Shown here: positions 9,888 to 19,054 of the stretch, in pieces
Layout of the letters: the number at the start of each line of letters is the position of its first letter
Numbering within the stretch: the first letter of the stretch is position 1
Assembly: GCA_965222115.1 (NCBI GenBank)
Contig: CBDCTJ010000001.1
Coordinates: 591,638 to 655,637 of the forward strand
Direction of reading: 5' to 3'
DNA length: 64,000 nt
Origin: Planctomycetota bacterium
Lineage (GTDB): Bacteria; Planctomycetota; PLA2; JAEUHO01
Made by a program: the position numbers and the translations under genes
The notes under the pieces: generated by a model
The model's input: the letters and a program-made list of their open reading frames with translations, nothing else
Database searches by the model: none
Told to the model about the DNA's origin: nothing

Positions 9888-10758
9888 CGATACCAAGCCG
9901 CGTATTTTCCCACCAACTTCGTGACCTATGCCCCGCACCACATGATGCGGATCTAACAGCTTCAATGTCCGCGCAAATTGATCCTGCCGCTACGCGAAAG
10001 TCTTCTCTATGGCTATTGTCAAGAGTTCAGATGCGTGCAATGCGTAGTTCGAATGTTGCTCGATGAGTTTGTGATGGAGTGCGCGAAGACGCCCGACTGT
10101 GCTTGTGCTCGCATCAGTCCATCTTGATGCAGCTGCGATTACGAAGCGAGATCGACCGAGCATCCCATCGCGTCGATTTGGTCTGTTGAACCAGCGCGTG
10201 TATGCATTTCCAATGCGCATCATCGCATAGGACAGCGTTCCCTCGTCCGTACGCGCCATCAAGTGATAGTGAGAGCCAAGTAAACAGAACGCCTCTGGCC
10301 GAATCTCGTCACGACGCCGCGCACACGCGAGGAATGCTTGGAACTGACGACGATCTCGCGGTCCCGCGAACATCAAACGCTTGCTAATCCCTCGCATATA
10401 GATGTGATGACGAACACCCGGACCGTCGAATCGATTGCGCTTGCCCATATACGTAACTACGCGCAGCGCGCGAAATGGTCACACGTACGGGCGGTGTCAG
10501 GCTCTTGCGGTCAGCGCGGTGAGTCGAAAGTCACGAAGTTGGTGGGAAAAAACGCGGCTTCTATGAAAAGGCCTTGCATGTCAAGTGCGAAGCCGCGTCG
10601 GCGAGCGCATTTTCCGCGTTGTATATGTGCACATCGGCCCCTTGAGTACGCAACTTACCCTTATCGCCCTTGCCTTTTTGGCAGCGGATCGGAGCGAATC
10701 AAATTGCCAGCCATCGTCACTGGCGCCAGAAAACACGTCCCATTCAGGCTTGGTATCT
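9888..10758 (-). mobile_element. RAYT (HUH/Y1 transposase) element copy A with inverted GATACCAAGCC ends
   Basis: Ends 9888-9899 and 10747-10758; inner ~29-bp IR GCCGCGTwTTTTCCCACCAACTTCGTGAC at ~9897-9925 and ~10530-10558. Confidence 0.75.
9990..10448 (-). pseudogene. REP-associated tyrosine transposase, internally deleted
   Basis: RFDGPGVRHHIYMRG, HYHL (HUH), C-terminal HTH; the catalytic YxxxNP region is missing. Confidence 0.8.
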
Positions 10759-10761
10759 GTT

Positions 10762-11076
10762 TCATCCTGTGCGTAGGTGCCTCACTTGCCGCAGGCGACT
10801 AAGAGTATCGCGCAGAGCCGCTGCCCTTTGCGTCTCGTTCACATACAGGAGAAACTTTGCGTTCTGATGACTTGGCTCCGTCCACTCGTCCTCGAAGGAG
10901 TCGTAGTTTGGCTGGAGCACAAAGTGCTCTCCCCCAGATGTTCCTGCTCGATAATAGTCGCCGACCCATGAACTTTCATGGAGACTCATCGCGAGTCCGA
11001 GCCCCTGCTCGACAATCACCCTAGCGTCCTCAAGAGTGGATGCAGTGATACCATAGAGTGAGTAGTTGGTGTTCAT
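10762..11076 (-). CDS. Putative immunity protein
   Basis: ATGA overlap with an upstream toxin tail; acidic, 104 aa; stop 3 nt from the junction motif. Confidence 0.7.
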   Translation of the reverse strand: MNTNYSLYGITASTLEDARVIVEQGLGLAMSLHESSWVGDYYRAGTSGGEHFVLQPNYDSFEDEWTEPSHQNAKFLLYVNETQRAAALRDTLSRLRQVRHLRTG

Positions 11077-11347
11077 CGGACTCCAATGCTAGGTGATCGT
11101 GCCGCAGCCTGGGCCGCAACTCGGTAAACCATGAAATTTACGGGTCGGCCAGCCATCTTCTCGAGTGATCGCTGTAGACTACTCAGGCCAAGCGACTGAA
11201 TTTCGACGGGGAGTAGCGGCCCAGTCCGCGTTCCCTTGGACCGTAGGCCAACCCCAAGCCTCGCGGCAGTGTCAAACAGCGACTCGCTCGCGAGGGCGAT
11301 GTCGAAGTCGCTGACTCGGCCCACATCGAAGGGCTCGTGCGGAGGCC
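11073..11347 (-). pseudogene. C-terminal remnant of a polymorphic toxin (nucleotidyltransferase-like PFDVGRVSDFDIAL type)
   Basis: Frame reads ..EPFDVGRVSDFDIALAS..RTGPL..GRPVNFMVY; 5' end cut at AGATACCAAGCC (11348). Confidence 0.6.
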
Positions 11348-12492
11348 AGATACCAAGCCGCGTTTTTTCCCACCAACTTCGTGACCTATGTCCCGCACCA
11401 CATGATGCGGATCTAACAGCCTCAATGTCCGCGCAAATTGATCCTGCCGCTACGCGAAAGTCTTCTCTATGGCTATTGTCAAGAGTTCGGATGCACGCAG
11501 TGCGAAGTTCGAATGTTGCTCGATGAGCTTGTGATGGAGTGCGCGAAGACGCCCGACGGTGCTTGTGCTCGCATCAGTCCATCTTGATGCCGCTGCGATT
11601 GAAAGCCCGGCATAGCTGCACAACATTCCGATTCGAAGTACTTGCCATGCATCGCGTCGATTTCGCCTGTTGAACCAGCGCGTGTATGCATTTCCAATGC
11701 GCATCATCGCATAGGACAACGTTCCCTCGTCCGTACGCGCCATCAAGTGATAGTGAGAGCCAAGTAAACAGAACGCCTCTGGCCGAATCTCGTCACGACG
11801 CCGCGCACACGCGAGGAATGCTCGGAACTGACGACGATCTCGCGGTCCCGCGGACATCAAACGCTTGCTAATCCCACGCATATAGATGTGATGACGAACA
11901 CCCGGACCGTCGAATCGATTGCGCGTGCCCATATACGTGACTACGCGCAGCGCCCGATATGGTCACACGTACGAGGCGGTGTCAGACTCTTGCGGCTGGC
12001 GCGGTGAGTCGAAAATCACGAAGTTGGTGGGAAAAAACGGCTCTACTGCTCTTTGTGTGGGTCGTGATTTGGTGATTTCTTGTCCTGCCGCCCCTAAGAG
12101 GGCGCGGACGGCAGGAAAAGAAATGATGTTGGTGAGATTGGGCTGTCACAAACTTGTGGGGCCGTGCGAACCCAGCTACTGAGCCGTTCAAAGGCGCAAT
12201 TTTTCATGTTGTTGGCGTGTAGTGGCCGCCTCGGATCCAATACGATGCTTCCGTGACCCACATGAAGAGCAGGAGACTCGAAAAAACGCGGCTTCTATGA
12301 AAAGGCCTAGCATGTCAAGTGCGAAGCCGCGCCGGCGAGCGCATTTTCCGCGTTGTATATGTGCACATCGGCCCCTTGAGTACGCAACTTACCCTTATCG
12401 CCCTTGCCTTTTTGGCAGCGGATCGGAGCGAATCAGATTGCCAGCCATCGTCACTGGCGCCAGAGAACACGTCCCATTCAGGCTTGGTATCT
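11348..12492 (-). mobile_element. RAYT element copy B with a ~240-bp internal insert
   Basis: Near-identical to copy A; ends 11348-11359 and 12481-12492; arm 12281-12492 matches 10549-10758. Confidence 0.75.
11450..11932 (-). pseudogene. REP-associated tyrosine transposase, internally deleted (different breakpoints from copy A)
   Basis: Same N-terminus and HUH motif; jumps from NRRD to AWQVLRIG; no catalytic Tyr motif. Confidence 0.8.
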
Positions 12493-12500
12493 CGGTATCT

Positions 12501-12698
12501 CCGGTAGTACGTGTTGGGCGTCACGCCCAGCTGCTTGCAAATCAACCCTACTTTCGTGCCTTTTAGCTCAATCTTTGCCTGTCTCAGCATCCCAATAATC
12601 TGCTCCGTCGAGTACCGCTTCCTTGCCATCTGTTTGCTCCTGATCGAAAAGGTGTATCCGAACAAGTGGCACGCTCTGAGGGGGGGGGGGGCAGGTCA
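12501..12698 (-). mobile_element. IS3-family left-end remnant (IR plus the first ~43 codons of orfA)
   Basis: TGACCTGCCCCC.. end at 12698; AGGAG RBS; MARKRYSTEQIIGMLRQA..LGVTPNTYYR from ATG 12629. Confidence 0.8.
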
Positions 12699-12723
12699 CG
12701 CGTTAAGAGATGAATCGATATCT

Positions 12724-13149
12724 TTACTCCTGCCACGAGGAGACATCACACAACTCCAAATTGAAATTCTCTAAAATTCTTAACAGCCGCTGAGACACTA
12801 TCAGCTCATGCGAAGAATCGACGCCAGCGTCATCATGCCCGGACTCTCCAGTGATAAACAACCTTCTAAATTTCGGAACTACCAAATCAGGATCGAACTC
12901 AGATTGATCTCTATGGACTGTTGTTTTCATGGATCCTATAGAATACCCAGTCAAGTTCGCGTCCTTAAGTGCGTCGCTCAATCGCGGTGTAACCGCATAA
13001 CAAGGAAAGCACTCCACCAAATCGTCGCCAGACCAGTTAGAGATTTCCAGATGAAATGCACTCACGTCTGGAGGATGAATCGATGTGTCAAGTTGCGACA
13101 TCACTCCCAATTCACCTGGCACGTCTGGCGTAAGACGGAAGAAATTCAT
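12724..13149 (-). CDS. Cognate immunity protein of the giant toxin
   Basis: Immediately downstream of the toxin; DTSIHPP..W.GDDLVECFPCY pattern seen behind HH-type nuclease toxins; stop abuts the motif at 12706-12723. Confidence 0.75.
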   Translation of the reverse strand: MNFFRLTPDVPGELGVMSQLDTSIHPPDVSAFHLEISNWSGDDLVECFPCYAVTPRLSDALKDANLTGYSIGSMKTTVHRDQSEFDPDLVVPKFRRLFITGESGHDDAGVDSSHELIVSQRLLRILENFNLELCDVSSWQE

Positions 13150-13153
13150 AGGA

Positions 13154-16100
13154 CTACCTCACCGGTGGCACGAACAAATGTCCGTATCGATTGTCAATTG
13201 TAGTAGCAAAGTCCAATAGATCCTGCTTTGAAGGACGAGGATTCGCCTTGTACCAGCGATTCCATTCCTTTCGAATCGCACTCAAGTGTAGCTTGGAATT
13301 GAGCTTCTTCGGGATGCCCCGAAGATTCTCAAGAGAGTGCAGTTCATTGCCTGATAGCTTGAGGTGCGGGTAACGCCTTTGCACGCTCTGCTCTACCGCA
13401 TGATGAACCACGACCTTGCCGCGAAGCTCAGGATTCGCCTCAAAGAATGTCTTGCGATAGTCAACACGCGTCGCATTGCCAAATTTTGCTCCCGCCTCAG
13501 AAGTGGTTGAACGCCTTACCTTCCTCTTTCGAGTAGCCTTCATCCTCTTTACCTTGACTTGCTTTTTCGAATCGGGTCCTCGATCTGGCTTGTCCGGCTT
13601 CTTCGGAGGCTTACTCGGCGGTGGTGCCGAACTACCCGGCTGCGGGACGCCCTCTGGCTGCTTGGCTTCGGGGGCCTTACGTCGTCTTGTCTTATTGTTA
13701 TTCGGAGTGCCTATTGGACGAGGCTTTGAGCGCCTTCTTCTAGCCGTCGGCACCGGCGTAGACTTAGGACTGCCAGGAGGTCGCTTTATGACCTTCGTCT
13801 TCTTTGCGACCGGTGCACTAGATGCTATGGCCTTTGCAATATCAGATTGTTTCAACTTTCCCAGCTTGCTGGCAACGGCTTTGCCAAGTTTCCCGACAGG
13901 GATGAGATCACCAAACGCCGAGATAATCAAAGAGTTCGGCACCGGCTCATGCTTGAGCATTTTCGCGCCGATCTTTGCAATATCGCTACCGCTCACTTCA
14001 CCGACAACCTCAAGTACCTCAGCTACGTCCGCGGACTTCTGCTTGGCGAACGTCTGAACGCTCTTTGGTAGGAGCGACCGAGCCGCTTTTGCGACATCAC
14101 GTATCGCCTTGGGGCCATACGTGCCTGGAGGACGCGACACACAATCCAGTTTGGCATTCGCCGGAATGCGAATCACCTGTTCGTGCTTACCAGCCTTGTA
14201 CTGTAGGTGTTTTTCGTAGTAATTCTTGGCATCGGTGCCGCGCATGGCAAACACAGCGCCGGCCAAAAGGAAGTAGACGACGTAATCTCCTCCCTCATCA
14301 GTCCCCCCACTCAAGTAGTACATCGTTATCTTCTGCCTATCGCGCACTTCTCCAACTGTTGTACCCTTCTCGCAAGCCTTCTTGGCAAACTCAACTTGCT
14401 CGTGAGGAAACGTCATCCCGGACTCTCCCGAGGGGGCCCTGGGAGGTTTGATGGGAGGCGGAGGTTTCTTGGTGGGAGGAGGAGGTGGTGGCGGCGAATC
14501 AACTCCACCGTACCCATGCCCCGCTCCGGGAGGAGATACGCGGTTGCGGTGCCCGCCCGCATCGCTTTTACCGTCGTTCTCATCGCTCGATTCAGGAGGA
14601 ACAACCGGAGGCTTAAGAGGAACAGCGATTGATGTCGTAGGGCCTTTTGCACCGCCGCCTGCTCCCGCCCCAGGCGCCTTCTCCTTGGCTTTAGGCGGCT
14701 CATCCGGATCACTCGTACACTCGCACTTTCCGGGAGGCGGGCAGGTTTCTATACACTTTTTCTTGGCCTCCTGGAGCTCCTTATCGCACTTCTTCTTGAA
14801 CTCTTCTTCGCGCTTCTTTTTGCGCTTTTCGAGATCGTCTTTCTCTTGTCCTTCATTTCCCTCAAGAGGCTTGTCATATCCATTTAGCTCATCGAGGCGG
14901 GCCTCTTCATCCGCGGTTTGCTCTGCACGTAGTTCAGATAGTTCCTGCTCAGCGGCCTTCTTCTCGTCCTTGCTAGCCTCGGGATCGTCCTTGACCTTCT
15001 GAAGCGCGTCCATCCTATTATCGCGACGGGTGCGCTCCTTCTTTCTCAACTCATAGCGCCTGTCTTTTCGATCGCGACGCTGCTTAGCACGCCTTTTGAG
15101 CTCGTCGAGTTCCCTCTGTCGTTCACGCTCAGATAGTTCGAGTTCCTTCTTCCTGCTCTTCTGCTTTGGGCTCAACTTGATCCCAAGATCTTCAGACGAT
15201 CCAAGAGACTCTTTCTCCAAGTTCTCACGGTCGAGTTGATACTCACGAAAATCGTCACGCACTGCTTCGCGCGAATCGATATCTCGCTCGCGTCTCATGC
15301 GCGCATCACCCGTTCGGCTTCGATTGTTACGAATACGTTCGCGCGCCGTGGATCGCGCACTACGTGCGACGTTAGAGGCCTCTCTCCTCCTCTTGCGCAG
15401 ATTTCTACTTCTTGTGGCACTATTAGGCGGGCGACGTGCTTCTTTCTCAAGGTGCCTAAGCTCGGCTTCCATAGCACGAGAAGCTGCTTCGTACTCTCGA
15501 CGTGCCTGTTGGGATAATTCGTTCTTGCCGGTAGTTGCCGACTTCATGGCTTCGAGACTGTCGCGAACATCATTCTTGGCAGATTCTAAATCCGATCTTG
15601 ACAGATCCATCTTGTTCCTGAGCATATTCAAATGCGAATTGACCTTCAGTCGTGTTTCTTCAAGATCCGAGAAGTCATTCCCTGTCTGTTCGTGATCTTC
15701 TCGTCGAGCACCTTCGACTGACGACTTCGCCTGACTCTCTCGAAACCGGTCTTCTTTTCGCTTGACTAGATCGCTCAGCTTGTCTCTTGCAAGCTCAAAA
15801 GCCGCTCTAGCTCTGTGATAGTTCCACATGACGAATGTCCGTTTCGCAACCGCCCGACCAAGTTCGACCCCCGGACTGCTCCCTCCTCCACCTCCGCCAC
15901 TTGGAGTAGAGGCAACCAGCCCCCCTGGAGCGCGAGATTTGTAGTTTCCCGCTACATATCGATCCTCTGCAAGAGGAGCTGGCATCTGAACATTGCTCGG
16001 AGGCAGAACTCCGCCCTTAGTTCCAGGCTGGAGCGCAACACGTCCACCCAAGTAGTCTCCAGGCATACGTGCAAGACTCTTACTTGCAGTAGTATTGTGT

Positions 16101-18151
16101 TGGCGGCGCGGCGAATTCCGAACGAGTCGCCCAATGCCAGAGGAAGCGGTGGTAGGTTTGCCTGGATGCGAAGAAGGGGCGAGTGCTTGAGCTCTCGCGA
16201 ATCGTGGCGTAGATGGTGCAAGCGGACGCGGTGCTCCATATCGCGCTACGCGAACTTCGGCCTTGGATGGTATTGGCGCACGCGTTGAACGCGAGATCGT
16301 GGGACCTCCGAACGAACTAGCAAGATCGTATGGTCCCTTCTGACGAATTGGCTTTGCTGATTTGTTGTATGCATTGAGTGCTCGAGCTTTCGCGAATCGT
16401 GGCGCAGATGGCACAATCGGACTCGGTGTCCCATATCGTGCTGCGCTAACTTCGGTCTTGGAAAGTTCTGACGCATGCGTTGAACGCGAGATTGTGAGAC
16501 CGCCGAAAGAACCAGTACTCTCGTATGGTTCTTCCTGACGCGCTGACTTTCCTGATTTATTGAATGTCGCGTTCGCTAGGTGCCGCGAGTTACCCAACTG
16601 GCGAGAAGACCGAGTGCCACTCGGGTTAGCTGAGTAGTACTCAAGACTTGATGAATCAAAGTCATAAATCTCGGAATGAAGCTTGAACAGCGGATGCAGC
16701 TCGATCGGCTCTTTCACTATTCCAGCCTGCTGCCCGGGGGGCTTCTCTATTCGCTGAAGACTCGGAGAAGGACCTGAGGGGCTCGAACTACTATTGCCTA
16801 AGCGACTCTCTTCTAATCGAGTGGACTTGTAATTTGACGGAGATTCGACAGGCGTTTTCTCTTGGCGCTCTAGGAGCGGGTTACGCCCACGACCGCCACC
16901 GCCTCCTCCTCCGCCGCCACCTCCGCCGGCGCCGCCGCCACCTCCACCTTGATCATCGTCATCATCGTCGCCCGACTCCGGTTCATCGGGTACATTCGGA
17001 TCAAGGCGCGCATCAAAATCATAAATTTCCCAATCGCGAGTAATCCACTCAAGAAACGGACCAACCATGGGCCACCCAAGGCCTAGGGGCGCAAAGGCAG
17101 GTCCAAGTAGAGGCAAAAATTCCAAGCCGCGGCGGTTATCAATCTCGATTGCTCCGCTACCAGCGTCCTCGGTTCGAGAGAGATAACGATGAGCTTCGGC
17201 TATCTGATCCCCCGAGAGACTTCGATTACCTTCTAGCAGTCGCTGCTCGAACCCTAGAGAACTAGTCACTTGCGCAGTAGAGTCCACACGAGTGAGCGTG
17301 TGTAAATCTTCGATTGCGCCAAGTCCACCGTCAATCTCAAGTGGCGCGGGAATGAGTGCTCGTGGCTGCTGCAGAAAATTTTCGGGAACTGAAATGGTGA
17401 CGCCAGCGTCAATTGGATTCGTCCCGGTCGAAGTAGCTATGAACTCGAACGGCTCCTCAGGAAGAGGTAAGGGTTTAGGGACGGGCATGACGGGAAATAC
17501 ATCTTGCGGAAACACACCCATCGGAAACATATCTAGGAGAGATACGGCCTCTTCGGGTTCGCGGATGCACTTGCACTCAATGTTGCACTGACGCTCGGCT
17601 TCTTCAGCGGGCTTCTTGTCCCCGTCTTCACCTCCACCACCCCCCTTCCCACGATCCTGAATCTCAAGACCGCGAGACTTGAACTCCCCAGAGGCAGCAG
17701 GAACTTCAGGATCCGCCTTCTTTCCAACGACGCGCCGCCGCGGGCGCTCATTAGCACCCGATGACCCATGATAATTACTCGAAGCAACATCTGACGGCGA
17801 TTCGACCTCAGCGCTACCCGAGCTACTCCCCATTGCTGCATCCGAGGTGTGCGCGCGAGGCGTTTGCTGCAACAACTCTTGCAACATGGTTGGGCTGGAT
17901 TGCCCAGGCAGCATGACGCCGCGCGTTTCCGAGGAGAACTGCCCCTCAATGACGTCGGTTCCACGCGGGCCCAAATCATCTGGGCTAGGAACGACGCGTG
18001 AATAGGCCGCACGAACCCCCGCCCTTCGTTTGGAAGGGCGGAGGGTTGCTACGGTACCGTCGGGAAGTTCACATTTTTCGCTACGTCCAGCGTATCGAGT
18101 GTCTTTACTACCGAGACAGGACTTACATCCACATGCACTACTAAGATCCAC
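13154..18151 (-). CDS. 1665-aa polymorphic toxin with C-terminal HNH/EndoVII-like nuclease
   Basis: C-terminus VVVHHAVEQ..HSLENLRGIP..HLSAIRKEWN; long disordered and coiled-coil body; GTG start. Confidence 0.75.
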   Translation of the reverse strand: MDLSSACGCKSCLGSKDTRYAGRSEKCELPDGTVATLRPSKRRAGVRAAYSRVVPSPDDLGPRGTDVIEGQFSSETRGVMLPGQSSPTMLQELLQQTPRAHTSDAAMGSSSGSAEVESPSDVASSNYHGSSGANERPRRRVVGKKADPEVPAASGEFKSRGLEIQDRGKGGGGGEDGDKKPAEEAERQCNIECKCIREPEEAVSLLDMFPMGVFPQDVFPVMPVPKPLPLPEEPFEFIATSTGTNPIDAGVTISVPENFLQQPRALIPAPLEIDGGLGAIEDLHTLTRVDSTAQVTSSLGFEQRLLEGNRSLSGDQIAEAHRYLSRTEDAGSGAIEIDNRRGLEFLPLLGPAFAPLGLGWPMVGPFLEWITRDWEIYDFDARLDPNVPDEPESGDDDDDDQGGGGGGAGGGGGGGGGGGGRGRNPLLERQEKTPVESPSNYKSTRLEESRLGNSSSSPSGPSPSLQRIEKPPGQQAGIVKEPIELHPLFKLHSEIYDFDSSSLEYYSANPSGTRSSRQLGNSRHLANATFNKSGKSARQEEPYESTGSFGGLTISRSTHASELSKTEVSAARYGTPSPIVPSAPRFAKARALNAYNKSAKPIRQKGPYDLASSFGGPTISRSTRAPIPSKAEVRVARYGAPRPLAPSTPRFARAQALAPSSHPGKPTTASSGIGRLVRNSPRRQHNTTASKSLARMPGDYLGGRVALQPGTKGGVLPPSNVQMPAPLAEDRYVAGNYKSRAPGGLVASTPSGGGGGGSSPGVELGRAVAKRTFVMWNYHRARAAFELARDKLSDLVKRKEDRFRESQAKSSVEGARREDHEQTGNDFSDLEETRLKVNSHLNMLRNKMDLSRSDLESAKNDVRDSLEAMKSATTGKNELSQQARREYEAASRAMEAELRHLEKEARRPPNSATRSRNLRKRRREASNVARSARSTARERIRNNRSRTGDARMRRERDIDSREAVRDDFREYQLDRENLEKESLGSSEDLGIKLSPKQKSRKKELELSERERQRELDELKRRAKQRRDRKDRRYELRKKERTRRDNRMDALQKVKDDPEASKDEKKAAEQELSELRAEQTADEEARLDELNGYDKPLEGNEGQEKDDLEKRKKKREEEFKKKCDKELQEAKKKCIETCPPPGKCECTSDPDEPPKAKEKAPGAGAGGGAKGPTTSIAVPLKPPVVPPESSDENDGKSDAGGHRNRVSPPGAGHGYGGVDSPPPPPPPTKKPPPPIKPPRAPSGESGMTFPHEQVEFAKKACEKGTTVGEVRDRQKITMYYLSGGTDEGGDYVVYFLLAGAVFAMRGTDAKNYYEKHLQYKAGKHEQVIRIPANAKLDCVSRPPGTYGPKAIRDVAKAARSLLPKSVQTFAKQKSADVAEVLEVVGEVSGSDIAKIGAKMLKHEPVPNSLIISAFGDLIPVGKLGKAVASKLGKLKQSDIAKAIASSAPVAKKTKVIKRPPGSPKSTPVPTARRRRSKPRPIGTPNNNKTRRRKAPEAKQPEGVPQPGSSAPPPSKPPKKPDKPDRGPDSKKQVKVKRMKATRKRKVRRSTTSEAGAKFGNATRVDYRKTFFEANPELRGKVVVHHAVEQSVQRRYPHLKLSGNELHSLENLRGIPKKLNSKLHLSAIRKEWNRWYKANPRPSKQDLLDFATTIDNRYGHLFVPPVR
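16191..16540 (-). repeat. 195-nt (65-aa) internal tandem duplication in the toxin gene
   Basis: 16191-16345 vs 16386-16540; SFGGxTISRST..RYGxPxPxxPSxPRFAxAxAL occurs twice. Confidence 0.85.
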
Positions 18152-18160
18152 GGCTAATCC

Positions 18161-18520
18161 TTACGGTTGGCGATTAATGAAAAAACCCTGCAACCAACAG
18201 GTCACTCCTGGACTCGTACCGTTCAGGATGACGGCCACACGAAACCATCTCTTGGATAGTTGAAAATCAATTGGCTCTTCTCTGTCTTCTAGCGGTTCAA
18301 CCTGCGAAGTCCCCGCGACCATTTGCCAGTCGCCGCGATCCGTAGACTCCAACACCTCAACCTTAAACGTTGTCCCTGTGCCAACCAGAGGACCGCGCCA
18401 TAGGTAGAGCTTTGCCTCTTCATAAGCGGAAACATCGATAGGTAATGTTTCGTACCGCAACGCGCCAGCAAACGCAGTAAACCGAGGAATAAGAACTGCA
18501 GGGGTAACAATCTTTGTCAT
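18161..18520 (-). CDS. Small beta-rich protein, paralog 2 (capsid-cement/decoration-like fold suspected)
   Basis: GGAGG RBS; shares LIPR, WRG, ESTD..W, KRWFR and CW..GF with 18587-18946. Confidence 0.8.
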   Translation of the reverse strand: MTKIVTPAVLIPRFTAFAGALRYETLPIDVSAYEEAKLYLWRGPLVGTGTTFKVEVLESTDRGDWQMVAGTSQVEPLEDREEPIDFQLSKRWFRVAVILNGTSPGVTCWLQGFFINRQP

Positions 18521-18586
18521 TGCGAGGCCTCCAATGGGCGCGCCCCGGTACGCGGGGCGCGCAATGATTGAGTGCGTACGCCGCGA

Positions 18587-18946
18587 CTACGTCTGCCGCA
18601 ACTCGAGGAAGCCAATTGCCCAACATGAAGCACCTTGCGACGTGCCCGTGAGCGTGACTTTGGCGCGGAACCAACGCTTCTTGAGTTCTGGCGTGTACTG
18701 AGCTTCTGTTTCGGAACCGGGATCGGCAGATGTACTTCCCGTACAGGTTGTCCAACTGTCTTGGTCCGTTGACTCTTCAAACGCAATTGAGAAGCTTCCT
18801 GCATTGTCCAGCAACTTGCCTCGCCAAGTATTGACGATGGCCTTGGAATACTCTGTAACGTCCATTGCAATGGTCGTAAACGTCGAGTCGCCTGCATACG
18901 TCGTGTATCGCGGAATCAGAACGAGTGGAATGAGTTCTCCAGCCAT
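18587..18946 (-). CDS. Small beta-rich protein, paralog 1
   Basis: AAGGA RBS; both paralogs are 119 aa and colinear. Confidence 0.8.
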   Translation of the reverse strand: MAGELIPLVLIPRYTTYAGDSTFTTIAMDVTEYSKAIVNTWRGKLLDNAGSFSIAFEESTDQDSWTTCTGSTSADPGSETEAQYTPELKKRWFRAKVTLTGTSQGASCWAIGFLELRQT

Positions 18947-19054
18947 AGTGATTATCCTTTCGCCGTCGGTGTCAAATGAACACAGCCACCATCACCCGAC
19001 GGTCGGCACGAGAATCGACGCTACCGACGCTTCAAAAAACGCCGACTCCACTAG

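Noticed and set aside
12315-12665. 116-aa ORF as a real gene
   Set aside because: Chimera of the IS3 orfA N-terminus read into the non-coding RAYT arm
12680-12691. Poly-G tract as a phase-variation switch
   Set aside because: It is part of the IS3 terminal repeat (TGACCTGCCCC..), and homopolymer length may be a read error
8401-12723. CRISPR array or integron interpretation of the repeated motif
   Set aside because: Spacing is irregular and gene-sized, both orientations occur, and no cas or intI gene or RYYYAAC/GTTRRRY attC structure was seen
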